A stretch of DNA of 54,990 nucleotides from positions 1 through 54,990 of the forward strand of contig JAFYAZ010000010.1 of the NCBI GenBank assembly GCA_017540455.1, given 5' to 3'. The stretch is from Bacilli bacterium. GTDB lineage: Bacteria; Bacillota_I; Bacilli_A; RFN20; CAG-826. The first letter of the stretch is position 1, and every line of letters starts with the position of its first letter. The notes under the pieces are model-generated. The model did no database searches. It was not told where the DNA came from and saw only the letters and a list, made by a program, of their open reading frames with translations. This document shows, in pieces, positions 43,969-53,705 of the stretch. Both the position numbers and the translations under genes were made by a program.

Positions 43969-46314
43969 ATGGACAACGAAGTAGAAAACACCAATACCTT
44001 AGTCCTGCCTTTGCTCGTAACCCGCGGACTTGTGGTATTCCCAAATATGACAGAGTCGATTGAAGCCGGAAGACCTTATAGCGTCAAGGCCATCGACGTT
44101 GCCAGACGTGATAGCAATTCCCTTCTTTTCGTAGGCGTGCAGCGCCAACTCCAGAAAGATGAAGTGACAGGGGAAGACGATGTCTACATGACCGCCACCC
44201 TTTGCCGCGTAGTGAATTTCGTCAATGCCAACGGCGTCTACCGCATCCGCGTGATCGGTTCGAAGCGCGTGGCTTTGACTAACCTTAGATTCGATGATGG
44301 CACTTGGAAGGCCGAAGGAAAGGTCATCCCTGATCTTTTAGGCGACCAAAACGAAGAAACCGCCCTCATCAGACGCATCGTCAAAGCGGTTGAGCAAACC
44401 CCAGCCATCGCCCACGATATCCCTAAGAGCGCCCTTAACGCACTTGGAAGAGGCGAGACCCCAAACAATATCGGCGACACACTTGCCGCCTATCTCAATT
44501 TCAGCATCGAGGACAAAATCGAGATCCTCGGAGAGCCAGAGATCAACAAGAGACTCTTAAAGATCGCTGAGCTTCTCAACGAAGCCCAAACTGTCAGCGA
44601 AATCGACAAAAAGCTCGATGAGACCGTCAGAAGCCGCGCTGAGAAATCACAGAAGGAATACATCCTCCGCGAGAAGATGAAAGCCATCCGCGATGAGCTT
44701 GGCGAAGGCGACAACGAGGAAAGCGACATCGACGCCATCAAAAAGAAAGTGGCGGAGAACCCATATCCTCAGAACGTCAAAGACAAGGTCACCAAAGAGC
44801 TCAAGCGTTTCCAGATGATGCCAGAGGCTTCTTTGGAGAGCTCTCTCATCCTTAACTATATCAATACCCTTCTCAATGCCCCATGGTATGAGAAGACCGA
44901 AGACAACGACGACCTCGACAACGTCCAGAAGATTCTCGATGAGGATCACTTCGGACTCGACAAGGTCAAGAAGAGGATCATTGAGTACCTCGCCGTCAAA
45001 CATGCGACCGGCAACCTCAAAGCCCCGATTCTTTGCTTCTACGGCCCGCCAGGATGTGGTAAGACTTCGCTTGCGAAGTCAATCGCCCGTGCCCTTGGCA
45101 GGAAGTTCTTCAAGGCTTCCTTAGGCGGCGTTTCCGACGAATCCGAAATCAGAGGCCATCGCCGTACCTATGTCGGCTCAATGCCTGGAAGAATCATCCA
45201 CGGCATGACCAAGGCCGGGGTCATTAACCCTGTCTTCCTTCTCGACGAAATCGACAAGGTCGGCGGAAGCAGCTTACATGGCGACCCAAGCTCCGCTCTC
45301 TTAGAGGTCCTTGACCCAGAGCAGAACTTCGCCTTCAACGATAACTTCATCGAAGAACCATACGATTTATCGAATGTTCTCTTCATCGCGACCGCGAACT
45401 ATCTTGAGAACGTCCCAGCCCCTCTCCGTGACCGTCTTGAACTCATCGAGGTTCCTTCCTACACCGAACTCGAGAAGGTCAAGATCGCCGCAAGCTGGCT
45501 CGTCAAAAAGCAGATGGAGCTCAACGGCCTCAAAGAAGGCGACATCGAATTCACCGAAGAAGGCATCAAAGAGCTTATCGAGTGCTACACCCGTGAAGCC
45601 GGCGTCCGTCAGCTTGAAAGGCTTGTTGCTTCTTGCTGCAGAAAAGCGGTGGTCGAGCTCATCAAAGATCCTAAGCACGCCCGACCAATCGTCATCGATG
45701 CCGAACAAGCCAAAAAGTACCTTGGCGTCGAGATTTTCGAAGATACCAAGAAAGAGAAAGAACCACAGATCGGCGTCGTCACCGGACTTGCCTATACCGA
45801 GTTTGGCGGCGATATCCTCCCGATCGAGGTCAACTATATGGCTGGCAAAGGACAGCTTGTCCTCACTGGCAAATTAGGCGACGTCATGAAGGAGAGCTGT
45901 TCGATCGCTCTTGACTACGTCAGGGCCAATGCCGAGAAATATGGCATCCCTAACGAGATGTTTGAGAAGAAGGACTTCCATATCCACTTCCCAGAAGGCG
46001 CCGTTCCAAAAGACGGACCAAGCGCTGGTGTTGCCATCACAACCGCCATCGTCTCCATCTTGACCCACACGCCTGTCGACAATAATGTCGCGATGACCGG
46101 TGAAGTCACCCTACGCGGACACGCCCTCCCAATCGGCGGACTCCGTGAGAAGTCGCTTGCCGCCCTTCGCTCAGGCATCAAGACCATCATCGTCCCTGAG
46201 GAAAACAAGAAGGATGTCACCGAACTTCCGGAAGAGGTCAAGAAAGAGCTCAAGATCGTCTACATGAAAAATGTCGATGATGCCTTAGCCGTTGCCCTTT
46301 TGAAGGACAAATAA
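43969..46314 (+). CDS. lon: ATP-dependent Lon protease (LonA type)
   Basis: LON N-terminal domain, Walker A GPPGCGKTSLAKSIA, and protease catalytic PKDGPSAGV. GGAGGA SD. Confidence 0.97.
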   Translation: MDNEVENTNTLVLPLLVTRGLVVFPNMTESIEAGRPYSVKAIDVARRDSNSLLFVGVQRQLQKDEVTGEDDVYMTATLCRVVNFVNANGVYRIRVIGSKRVALTNLRFDDGTWKAEGKVIPDLLGDQNEETALIRRIVKAVEQTPAIAHDIPKSALNALGRGETPNNIGDTLAAYLNFSIEDKIEILGEPEINKRLLKIAELLNEAQTVSEIDKKLDETVRSRAEKSQKEYILREKMKAIRDELGEGDNEESDIDAIKKKVAENPYPQNVKDKVTKELKRFQMMPEASLESSLILNYINTLLNAPWYEKTEDNDDLDNVQKILDEDHFGLDKVKKRIIEYLAVKHATGNLKAPILCFYGPPGCGKTSLAKSIARALGRKFFKASLGGVSDESEIRGHRRTYVGSMPGRIIHGMTKAGVINPVFLLDEIDKVGGSSLHGDPSSALLEVLDPEQNFAFNDNFIEEPYDLSNVLFIATANYLENVPAPLRDRLELIEVPSYTELEKVKIAASWLVKKQMELNGLKEGDIEFTEEGIKELIECYTREAGVRQLERLVASCCRKAVVELIKDPKHARPIVIDAEQAKKYLGVEIFEDTKKEKEPQIGVVTGLAYTEFGGDILPIEVNYMAGKGQLVLTGKLGDVMKESCSIALDYVRANAEKYGIPNEMFEKKDFHIHFPEGAVPKDGPSAGVAITTAIVSILTHTPVDNNVAMTGEVTLRGHALPIGGLREKSLAALRSGIKTIIVPEENKKDVTELPEEVKKELKIVYMKNVDDALAVALLKDK

Positions 46315-46329
46315 AAAATTTCAAAAATT

Positions 46330-46354
46330 GAGGAGTGTTTCACTCCTCTTTTTT
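46330..46354 (+). terminator. Rho-independent terminator after lon
   Basis: GAGGAGTG / CACTCCTC 8-bp stem, 3-nt loop, T6. Confidence 0.85.
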
Positions 46355-46389
46355 GTTGCGATAATGTAATATTAATACCCTGGAGGATA

Positions 46390-46959
46390 ATGATGATCAA
46401 CTTCCGTGATGCCAAATACGTCATCTCTGTGCCAAGTTACAAGATGCGTCCGATCAACGGGTTCAAAGAGCTCGCCGTTTTTGGCAAGTCCAACGTCGGA
46501 AAGAGCACCCTCATCAATCTCCTCACCGGGCAAAAGCTCGCCTTCTCCTCAAAACAAGCAGGCAAGACGAAGCTTCTTAATTACTTCCTCATCGACAAGT
46601 CCTTCTACCTTGTCGACACTCCAGGGTACGGCTTCACGACCTATGGCTCGAAAGAAGACCTCTCCTTTGGAGATATGATGGAAACCTATTTCGAAAACCC
46701 ACAATTGGCCGCATGTTTCCTTCTCATTGACTCACGCCATGAGCCAGGTAAAGATGACCTTGAGTTCCTCTCTTTCTTAGAAAGCCAGAGCGTTCCGTTC
46801 TACCTCATCTTCACCAAAAGCGACCAAGCCAAACAATCAGATATCGCGCGCTGCAAGAAATTCGTCCTCGAACGCAAGGCCAAGAATGTCCTTTTCTCTG
46901 GGAAAGGCCTCAAGGCCGAAGAACTACGAGCCCTGTTCGCTAGAGCGCTCAAAGAATAG
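46390..46959 (+). CDS. engB: ribosome biogenesis GTP-binding protein YihA/YsxC/EngB
   Basis: G1 GKSNVGKSTLIN, G3 DTPGYG, G4 TKSD. The position after lon matches Bacillus lonA-ysxC. The start may be 46390 or 46393. Confidence 0.9.
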   Translation: MMINFRDAKYVISVPSYKMRPINGFKELAVFGKSNVGKSTLINLLTGQKLAFSSKQAGKTKLLNYFLIDKSFYLVDTPGYGFTTYGSKEDLSFGDMMETYFENPQLAACFLLIDSRHEPGKDDLEFLSFLESQSVPFYLIFTKSDQAKQSDIARCKKFVLERKAKNVLFSGKGLKAEELRALFARALKE

Positions 46960-46973
46960 AAAGGGGACACCGC

Positions 46974-49751
46974 ATGCTTAGACTAGACAATATCACCAAA
47001 ATCTATAAAACCTCATCGCTCAAGGTCAAAGCCTTGAATGGTGTTTCTTTATGCTTCAGAAAAAATGAGTTCGTCTCGATTCTCGGTCCTTCGGGATGCG
47101 GCAAGACCACGATGCTCAACATCATCGGCGGACTTGATAAGTACACCAAAGGCGACCTTCTCATCAACAACACCTCAACGAAGAAATATAACGACCATGA
47201 CTGGGATATCTACCGTAATCACAGGATCGGTTTCATCTTCCAGTCCTATAACCTTATCCCACAAGAGAATATCTTAGAAAATGTTGAGCTCGCCCTCACG
47301 ATCGGCGGCGTCAAGAAAGAGGAAAGCGTCGCTAGAGCGAAAGCCGCTCTCGACAAAGTCGGCCTCAAAGACATGTACGCCAAGAAGCCAAACGAGCTTT
47401 CCGGTGGCCAGTGTCAGAGAGTCGCCATCGCCCGTGCCCTCGTCAATGAGCCAGACATCCTTCTTGCCGACGAGCCGACCGGCGCTCTCGATAGCGAAAC
47501 CTCGATCCAGATCATGAACCTCATCAAAGAGGTCTCGAAAGACAAGCTCGTCATCATGGTCACCCATAACAGAGAGATCGCCGAAGAATATTCGACCCGT
47601 ATCGTCTCGCTTCTTGACGGCAAGGTGGAAGGGGACACCAATCCATATGCACCAGAAGAGGAAGCCAAAGAATATCTCGACAACGCCTCGTCTTTCAAAG
47701 AGACCAACGAGAAAGCCAAGATGTCTTGGTGGACCGCCATCAAGCTTTCTGGCCGTAACCTCATGGCCAAATTCAGCCGCACTTTCATGACGATGATTGC
47801 CTCATCGATTGGCATCGTCGGCGTTTCCGCGGTCCTTGCCGTCTCTTATGGCGTCCGTGGCTATATCGACTCCATGCAAGATGACCTCCTTTCAGGAAAC
47901 CCAGTCCAGATCAGAGAGAATTCCGTCGATTACCTTAAGCTTCTCGACAGCACCAATAGCCTCACCCAATCAAGAATCGCTAGCCAAAGCTGGAAAGACG
48001 GCAAGATCGATGTCCAGTTCGCGATGGAAAGCCTTGTCAAAGCCTCCGAAGGCTTAGGCGAAGCCTTCTCCACGAACGAAATCGACGAGGATTACATCCA
48101 GTTCCTTAAGGACATGCCTTCCTCCTATGTCTCCGCGGTTGATTTCAAATACGGCATCAACTTCAAAAACAACATCTACGTCCACGCTGATGCGGATGTG
48201 GTCGAAGAAGGGCTGGACACAGCCAAGGTCAATTACAGCATCTCCGGCCTCACCAATGTCTGCACGACCATCCTTGAAGGATGCAGGGGCGGACAATATA
48301 GCAGCTATGCCGGCATGGTCGACGGCTATAGCAACGCGATTGGTCAGTCCATCGAAAATGAGGAATATGTCCTCAGCCAATACAACGTCGTTAAGGGAAG
48401 ATACCCTCACAAAGAGAACGAGGTCATGATCGTCCTCAACCACGAAAACGAAGTTACTGAGTTCGTTTTGACCCTCCTTGGCCTATATGACCAGGATATG
48501 TTCGCTAACGCCATCTACCATTTCTCCGACGACCCTCGCTTCGATGAAAAACTCTGGGAGAAGCAGCAGTCCATCACCGTCGATGACATGCTCGGAAAGA
48601 AATACACCTATTATCCAAACGATTCAATCTTCCACGAGAACCCAAACTACAATCCAGAGACGACTTCAACCGCCAATGTCGAGGTTTTCCAGCCATTCTT
48701 CTATGACTGGTATGACCAGAACAACCACGCAAACGGACTCGAACTCGAGGTCGTCGGCGTTCTTACCCCAAAAGAGACTGTCTCTTATGGCTGCCTTTCG
48801 AGCGGTCTTTACTACACCCCGGCCTTGGCACAGAGGATGATCAGAGACAACTACGAATCCAAGATCGCCAACTTCATCAGAAACTACGAACAGAATAACA
48901 ACACGACCGGTTTCAATTCGACCATCGCCCAAGTCAGCGGCGTCAACGTCATCTACGGCATCGGCTACGACGTCAAAGTCTTCTTCGAAGAAGAAATCCT
49001 CAAGAGCTCCTTCCTCGTTGGCTCGACCAACAACATTTCCGCCCTCGTTGGCATGCTCGCTTCCGCCTCAGGCTCATCTTCTGGCGCCGGAAGCGGACTT
49101 TCGATCAAGAGAAATGCGACCTTAACCGTCAATAACGTTGGTGGTTCCAAGATTCCTACCAGCATCGACATCTACCCAATCGACTTCAACAACAAGTTCC
49201 TTGCGACCGATTATCTCGATACCTGGAACGCTGAGAAAGATATCACTTTGAGTACTGGCAAAGTCCTCAAAGCCGCTGATCGTTCAAAGATCGATTACAC
49301 CGATAGCCTCGAGATTATCATCACGATGATTAATGGCGTGGTGGACATTGTTACCATTGCTCTTGTCGCCTTCACCGCCTTATCGCTTGTCGTTTCAACG
49401 GTCATGATTGGCATCATCACCTTCGTCTCGGTCATGGAGCGCGTCAAAGAGATCGGCGTCATCCGTTCGCTTGGCGGACGAAAGAAAGACGTCGCGCACC
49501 TTTTCAATGCCGAAACCTTCATCATCGGCATGGGCGGTGGCCTCTTTGGCTTAGGCGTCACTTACCTGATTCAGCTCTTCCTGAATCTTGTTATCGGCGC
49601 CCTATTTGGCATACCGAGCATCGCCAATCTCCCGCTTCTTGCCGCGGTCCTCGTTTTGGCTGGAAGCGCGCTTCTTACGACCATCGCCGGACTTATCCCA
49701 GCCTCGAAAGCCGCGCAGCAAGACCCAGTGGTCGCTCTCCGCACCGAATAA
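46974..49751 (+). CDS. fused ABC transporter ATP-binding protein/permease, MacB/FtsX type, with very large extracytoplasmic domain
   Basis: N-terminal NBD (GPSGCGKTT, LSGGQCQRVAIARAL, LLADEPTGALD). TM1 lies around aa 270-295, followed by a ~490-aa non-membrane segment. A C-terminal FtsX 3-TM bundle includes the GVIRSLGGRKKDV motif. Confidence 0.9.
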   Translation: MLRLDNITKIYKTSSLKVKALNGVSLCFRKNEFVSILGPSGCGKTTMLNIIGGLDKYTKGDLLINNTSTKKYNDHDWDIYRNHRIGFIFQSYNLIPQENILENVELALTIGGVKKEESVARAKAALDKVGLKDMYAKKPNELSGGQCQRVAIARALVNEPDILLADEPTGALDSETSIQIMNLIKEVSKDKLVIMVTHNREIAEEYSTRIVSLLDGKVEGDTNPYAPEEEAKEYLDNASSFKETNEKAKMSWWTAIKLSGRNLMAKFSRTFMTMIASSIGIVGVSAVLAVSYGVRGYIDSMQDDLLSGNPVQIRENSVDYLKLLDSTNSLTQSRIASQSWKDGKIDVQFAMESLVKASEGLGEAFSTNEIDEDYIQFLKDMPSSYVSAVDFKYGINFKNNIYVHADADVVEEGLDTAKVNYSISGLTNVCTTILEGCRGGQYSSYAGMVDGYSNAIGQSIENEEYVLSQYNVVKGRYPHKENEVMIVLNHENEVTEFVLTLLGLYDQDMFANAIYHFSDDPRFDEKLWEKQQSITVDDMLGKKYTYYPNDSIFHENPNYNPETTSTANVEVFQPFFYDWYDQNNHANGLELEVVGVLTPKETVSYGCLSSGLYYTPALAQRMIRDNYESKIANFIRNYEQNNNTTGFNSTIAQVSGVNVIYGIGYDVKVFFEEEILKSSFLVGSTNNISALVGMLASASGSSSGAGSGLSIKRNATLTVNNVGGSKIPTSIDIYPIDFNNKFLATDYLDTWNAEKDITLSTGKVLKAADRSKIDYTDSLEIIITMINGVVDIVTIALVAFTALSLVVSTVMIGIITFVSVMERVKEIGVIRSLGGRKKDVAHLFNAETFIIGMGGGLFGLGVTYLIQLFLNLVIGALFGIPSIANLPLLAAVLVLAGSALLTTIAGLIPASKAAQQDPVVALRTE

Positions 49752-49792
49752 TTCCCATTCCCTTTTTAGGGAAGGGGTCTTATAATTTCCTC

Positions 49793-50000
49793 GTTCGTTG
49801 AAGGAAGAGGGATCCTTAGACATCCTACTTAGAGAGCCGCCGTTAGGTGCAAGAGCGGTTAGGAATCAAGGTGAGTCGCTTCCAGAGAACCGTAGAGATA
49901 CGCGTCCATCCGCGTTAAGGATGATCGAGTGCCTTGTCTTATGACAAGGAACTAGGGTGGTACCGCGCACCGCGTCCCTATCATTAGGGACTTTTTATTT
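49793..50000 (+). promoter_or_regulatory. T-box leader upstream of valS (Val specifier expected; GTA or GTC candidate not resolved)
   Basis: TAGAGAGCC box. T-box sequence TAGGGTGGTACCGCGC at ~49953..49969. Terminator GTCCCTA-TCAT-TAGGGAC plus TTTTTATTT. TATAAT -10 at 49781..49786. Confidence 0.85.
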
Positions 50001-50016
50001 ATTCGGAGGCAAATCT

Positions 50017-52599
50017 ATGCTCGATAAGCATTACGACCCTCATAAAGTTGAGGAAGGAAAGTACGAGAAATGGAAAGAAGAAGGCTACTTCCAGGCTGGA
50101 AGAGACCTTTCAAAACAACCTTTCTCCATGGTTATCCCGCCGCCAAACGTCACTGGGAAACTCCATCTTGGACACGCGATGGACACAACTATCGAAGACA
50201 TCATCGCCCGTTACAAGAGAGAAGTCGGATATGACGTCCTTTGGGTTCCTGGAATGGATCACGCCGGCATCGCCACCCAAGCCAAAGTCGAGGAAAAGCT
50301 CAGAAAACAAGGCCTTTCCCGTTTCGACCTTGGAAGAGAAGGCTTCCTCAAGAAAGCCTGGGAGTGGAAACATGAATACGCCGACACCATCCATAGCCAA
50401 TGGGCCAAAATGGGCTTATCCGTCGATTACACGAGAGAAAGATTCACCCTCGACGAAGGCTTAAGCGCCGCCGTCAGGCACGTCTTCGTTACCTTATATA
50501 AAGAAGGGCTCATCTACCAGGGTGAGAAAATCATCAACTGGGACCCAGAGCTCAGAACCGCGTTAAGCAACATCGAAGTCATCCACAAGGACGACGAAGG
50601 CGAGTTCTATTATTTCAAATATGATGTGGTGGGCACCGACAAATCCCTTATCGTCGCAACCACGAGACCTGAGACGATGTTTGGCGATACCGCCGTCTTC
50701 GTCAACCCGAAAGACAAGAAATACGCTGACCTCGTCGGCAAGATGGTCATCAACCCAGCAAATGGGGAAGAGATTCCTCTTATGGCCGATGAATATGTCG
50801 ACATTTCTTTCGGTACCGGTGCTATGAAGTGCACCCCAGCCCACGATCCTAATGACTTCCTTTTAGGAAAGAAATACGGTTTCAAGTTCATAAAATGTAT
50901 CGATGAGACCGCGCATATGAACGAGATCGCCGGTCCTTACAAAGGCATGGACCGCTACGAATGCCGCAAGGCCCTCGTCGACAAAATTAAAGAAGATGGA
51001 CACCTTGTCAAAATCGAGAAGATCGTCCACTCAGTCGGTCACTCCGAGCGTAGCGACAGCGTCGTTGAGCCAATGCTTTCGAAGCAATGGTTCGTCAAGA
51101 TGAAGCCTCTTGCTGAGAAGGTTCTTGCCACTCAGAAAGGCTCTGACAAAGTCAACTTCGTCCCACGCCGCTTTGAGAAGGTTCTCACCAGATGGATGAG
51201 CACCGTTGAGGATTGGTGCATCTCCCGTCAGCTTTGGTGGGGACACCGTATCCCAGCATATACGAACATCAAGACCGGTGAGCTCATCGTCACCGAGGAG
51301 GAGATGGATCCAAAGGAGTGGAAGCAGGATGAGGATGTCCTCGATACCTGGTTTTCTAGCGCCCTTTGGCCATTTGCCACTTTAGGTTGGCCAGACACCG
51401 AGACCGCCGACTTCAAACGCTACTTCCCAACAAGCGTCCTCGTCACCGGCTACGACATCATTTTCTTCTGGGTCAGCCGCATGGTCTTCCAGTCTTTACA
51501 TTTCACTGATAAATCACCATTCCACGAGGTTGTCATCCACGGTCTTATCCGCGATGCGCAAGGCCGCAAGATGTCCAAATCCTTAGGCAATGGCGTTGAC
51601 CCAATCGATGTCATTGATAAGTATGGCGTCGATGCTCTTAGATACTTCATCACCAACAACTGCACCCCAGGCATGGATATGCGTTACATCGACGAGAAAG
51701 TCGGTGCTGCTGAGAACTATCTCAACAAGATTTGGAACGCCTGCCGTTATGTCGAAGGCGTCCTTGGCGAGGACTACACCCCAAGACCAATCGACAAGAA
51801 GACTTTGGGTGTCCTCGATGCTGCCATCATTGATAAGCTCATGCACACCATCAAGAGCGTCCGTTCCGAGATGGACAAATACCACTTCGGTCAGGCCTCA
51901 TCGATTCTTTATGACTTCGTCTATGACGATTTCTGCTCCTCATACCTTGAGATGAGCAAGATCGCTTTGTCCCACGAAGGCAAGGAAGCCGATGTCACCA
52001 AAGACGTTCTCTACACCGTCATGAAGGACATCATCCTCATGATCTATCCATATACCCCATTCGTTACCGAGGAGATGTACCTTTCTCTCCCAGGTCACAA
52101 GAAGAGCATCATGGAAGAGCCATATCCTGAATATGACCGCCATCTCATCAACAAGAAAGCGGTTGAGAAACTCTCCATTTTGGAAGGCATGATCAAGGAT
52201 ATCCGCAATTACAAGTCCACGAATGGCATGGCACCAAACGCCAAGGTCAGACTCCTTGTCTCACCAGCCGAACCATTCGAAGGCTCTGGCGAATACCTCA
52301 AGCGTTTCACCTTCGCATCCTCTTACGAAATCAAGAAAGAGGATCTCGGCGGTTCAAGCTTCCTTTACCCAGGCTATGAACTCATGGTTGAGGAAGACGT
52401 CGATCCAACTGTCCTCAAAGAGAAACTCCTCAAGGAAAAAGAGACCCTCGAATTCGAAATCAGCCGCAGCGAGAAGATGCTTGGAAACCCAGGCTTCGTG
52501 AGCAAAGCCCCAAAAGAGAAAGTTGACCTTGAGAAAGCCAAACTCGAGAAAAACAAATCAATTCTTGAGTCGCTCAAAAACAAGCTGGCATCGTTATAA
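50017..52599 (+). CDS. valS: valine--tRNA ligase
   Basis: HIGH (PPPNVTGKLHLGHA), KMSKS (KMSKSLGN) and a C-terminal coiled coil. Start at ATG 50017 after a GGAGG SD. The track start at 49957 reads into the T-box. Confidence 0.95.
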   Translation: MLDKHYDPHKVEEGKYEKWKEEGYFQAGRDLSKQPFSMVIPPPNVTGKLHLGHAMDTTIEDIIARYKREVGYDVLWVPGMDHAGIATQAKVEEKLRKQGLSRFDLGREGFLKKAWEWKHEYADTIHSQWAKMGLSVDYTRERFTLDEGLSAAVRHVFVTLYKEGLIYQGEKIINWDPELRTALSNIEVIHKDDEGEFYYFKYDVVGTDKSLIVATTRPETMFGDTAVFVNPKDKKYADLVGKMVINPANGEEIPLMADEYVDISFGTGAMKCTPAHDPNDFLLGKKYGFKFIKCIDETAHMNEIAGPYKGMDRYECRKALVDKIKEDGHLVKIEKIVHSVGHSERSDSVVEPMLSKQWFVKMKPLAEKVLATQKGSDKVNFVPRRFEKVLTRWMSTVEDWCISRQLWWGHRIPAYTNIKTGELIVTEEEMDPKEWKQDEDVLDTWFSSALWPFATLGWPDTETADFKRYFPTSVLVTGYDIIFFWVSRMVFQSLHFTDKSPFHEVVIHGLIRDAQGRKMSKSLGNGVDPIDVIDKYGVDALRYFITNNCTPGMDMRYIDEKVGAAENYLNKIWNACRYVEGVLGEDYTPRPIDKKTLGVLDAAIIDKLMHTIKSVRSEMDKYHFGQASSILYDFVYDDFCSSYLEMSKIALSHEGKEADVTKDVLYTVMKDIILMIYPYTPFVTEEMYLSLPGHKKSIMEEPYPEYDRHLINKKAVEKLSILEGMIKDIRNYKSTNGMAPNAKVRLLVSPAEPFEGSGEYLKRFTFASSYEIKKEDLGGSSFLYPGYELMVEEDVDPTVLKEKLLKEKETLEFEISRSEKMLGNPGFVSKAPKEKVDLEKAKLEKNKSILESLKNKLASL

Positions 52600-52614
52600 A
52601 AAGCAATTTGAAGA

Positions 52615-52646
52615 ACGCTCTCAAACGAGGGCGTTTTTCTTTTTTC
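52615..52646 (+). terminator. Rho-independent terminator after valS
   Basis: ACGCTCTC / GAGGGCGT 8-bp stem (one G-U pair), 4-nt loop, then TTTTTCTTTTTT. Confidence 0.8.
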
Positions 52647-52694
52647 TGAAAAGTGGCGATGTCACCAATATATGAGTAGTGAGGAGGTACATTT

Positions 52695-52877
52695 ATGAAC
52701 GGAAGAGAACTCACACTCATGGAACGACAAGCGATTTGTCCAGGGGAGGCTTTGGCCTTAACTGCGGTCATGGCTGTCTTAGCCATCAGCATCGTCGCGG
52801 TAGTGGTCTATCGACTTCTTAAGTCAACCAAGGGAACAGCCAAAGCTCCTGGTGGATGGGCTTTCACCTGGAATTGA
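52695..52877 (+). CDS. small (60 aa) single-pass membrane peptide, unknown function
   Basis: Strong GAGGAGG SD 8 nt before the ATG. One TM helix (ALALTAVMAVLAISIVAVVVY) is followed by a basic stretch and a Trp-rich end, RLLKSTKGTAKAPGGWAFTWN. It is bracketed by the valS terminator and the rplU promoter region. Confidence 0.55.
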   Translation: MNGRELTLMERQAICPGEALALTAVMAVLAISIVAVVVYRLLKSTKGTAKAPGGWAFTWN

Positions 52878-52974
52878 AAGCAATCATTCATCCTTAGGCT
52901 TTTCTAAAGAAACATCTTTTTACAATTGTACGAAAATTCTTCACTTTTCCTGTATGTGCGTGTATGATAATTAC

Positions 52975-53070
52975 GTTGTCGCCCTCCCTAGGGGCCTCAA
53001 CCGCATTTCTACGGTCTCCAATAATCACTTTGTGATTAACCGCACGGAGCGAGTCAAAAGCTAATAAGGA
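52975..53070 (+). promoter_or_regulatory. structured 5' leader of rplU-prp-rpmA (possible L21-leader-type element)
   Basis: Putative promoter TTCACT-17-TATGAT at ~52942..52970. The ~100-nt leader contains hairpins ACCG-CATTTCTA-CGGT and AATCAC-TTTG-TGATT. The position matches the Firmicute L21 leader. I cannot verify the consensus from memory. Confidence 0.3.
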
Positions 53071-53079
53071 GGAACAAGC

Positions 53080-53388
53080 ATGTACGCCATTGTTGAAACT
53101 GGTGGTAAGCAGATCAAAGTCGAAGTCGGCGATAAGATTTACGTCGAAAAACTTGATGCCGAAGCCGGAAAAGACGTCACCCTTTCCAAAGTCCTCTTCA
53201 TCGGCGGCGAAACCAACAAAGTCGGCGATCCTTACGTCAAGGGCGCTTCCGTTGTTGCCAAAGTCGAGAAGCAGGGTTTAGGCAAGAAACTCGTCGTCTA
53301 CCGCTACAAGAGCAAGGCCAATGTCCGCCGTAAACACGGCCACCGTCAGCCTTTCACTTGTTTGGTTGTTAAATCCATCAACGCCTAA
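53080..53388 (+). CDS. rplU: 50S ribosomal protein L21
   Basis: [14 protein letters not shown]...[20 protein letters not shown]. Confidence 0.97.
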   Translation: MYAIVETGGKQIKVEVGDKIYVEKLDAEAGKDVTLSKVLFIGGETNKVGDPYVKGASVVAKVEKQGLGKKLVVYRYKSKANVRRKHGHRQPFTCLVVKSINA

Positions 53389-53705
53389 TGATAAAAGCTA
53401 CGTTCGTCTATCGTGACAAAGACCTCAAATCCTTAACCGTCAAAGGACACGCGAATAGCGCGCCCTATGGCGAGGACTTAGTCTGCGCCGCAATCAGTGC
53501 GATTGTCGTCGGAGGCCTTAACGCCTATACCGATGACCCATCAATCTATGAGGCGAAAGTAGAGGAAGGCAATGTGGAGCTTCTTGTCAAAGGCAAGCAA
53601 AGCATCCACGACCAGATCGTGAACGAAACGATCGAATCCCAGATTAAAGACGTCGCAGCTTCTTATCCGAAGCACGTGACTCTAGAAAGGAAGAAGGAAG
53701 AATGA
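53388..53705 (+). CDS. prp: ribosomal-processing cysteine protease Prp
   Basis: [20 protein letters not shown] carries the catalytic His/Cys pattern of the YsxB/Prp family. Sits between rplU and rpmA. TAATG overlap. Confidence 0.9.
   Translation: MIKATFVYRDKDLKSLTVKGHANSAPYGEDLVCAAISAIVVGGLNAYTDDPSIYEAKVEEGNVELLVKGKQSIHDQIVNETIESQIKDVAASYPKHVTLERKKEE

Noticed and set aside
52852-53064. 70-aa ORF spanning the rplU upstream region
   Set aside because: It overlaps the end of the 60-aa peptide gene, has no SD, is Cys/Asn/Ser-rich and low in coding-like character, and coincides with the promoter/leader of rplU.
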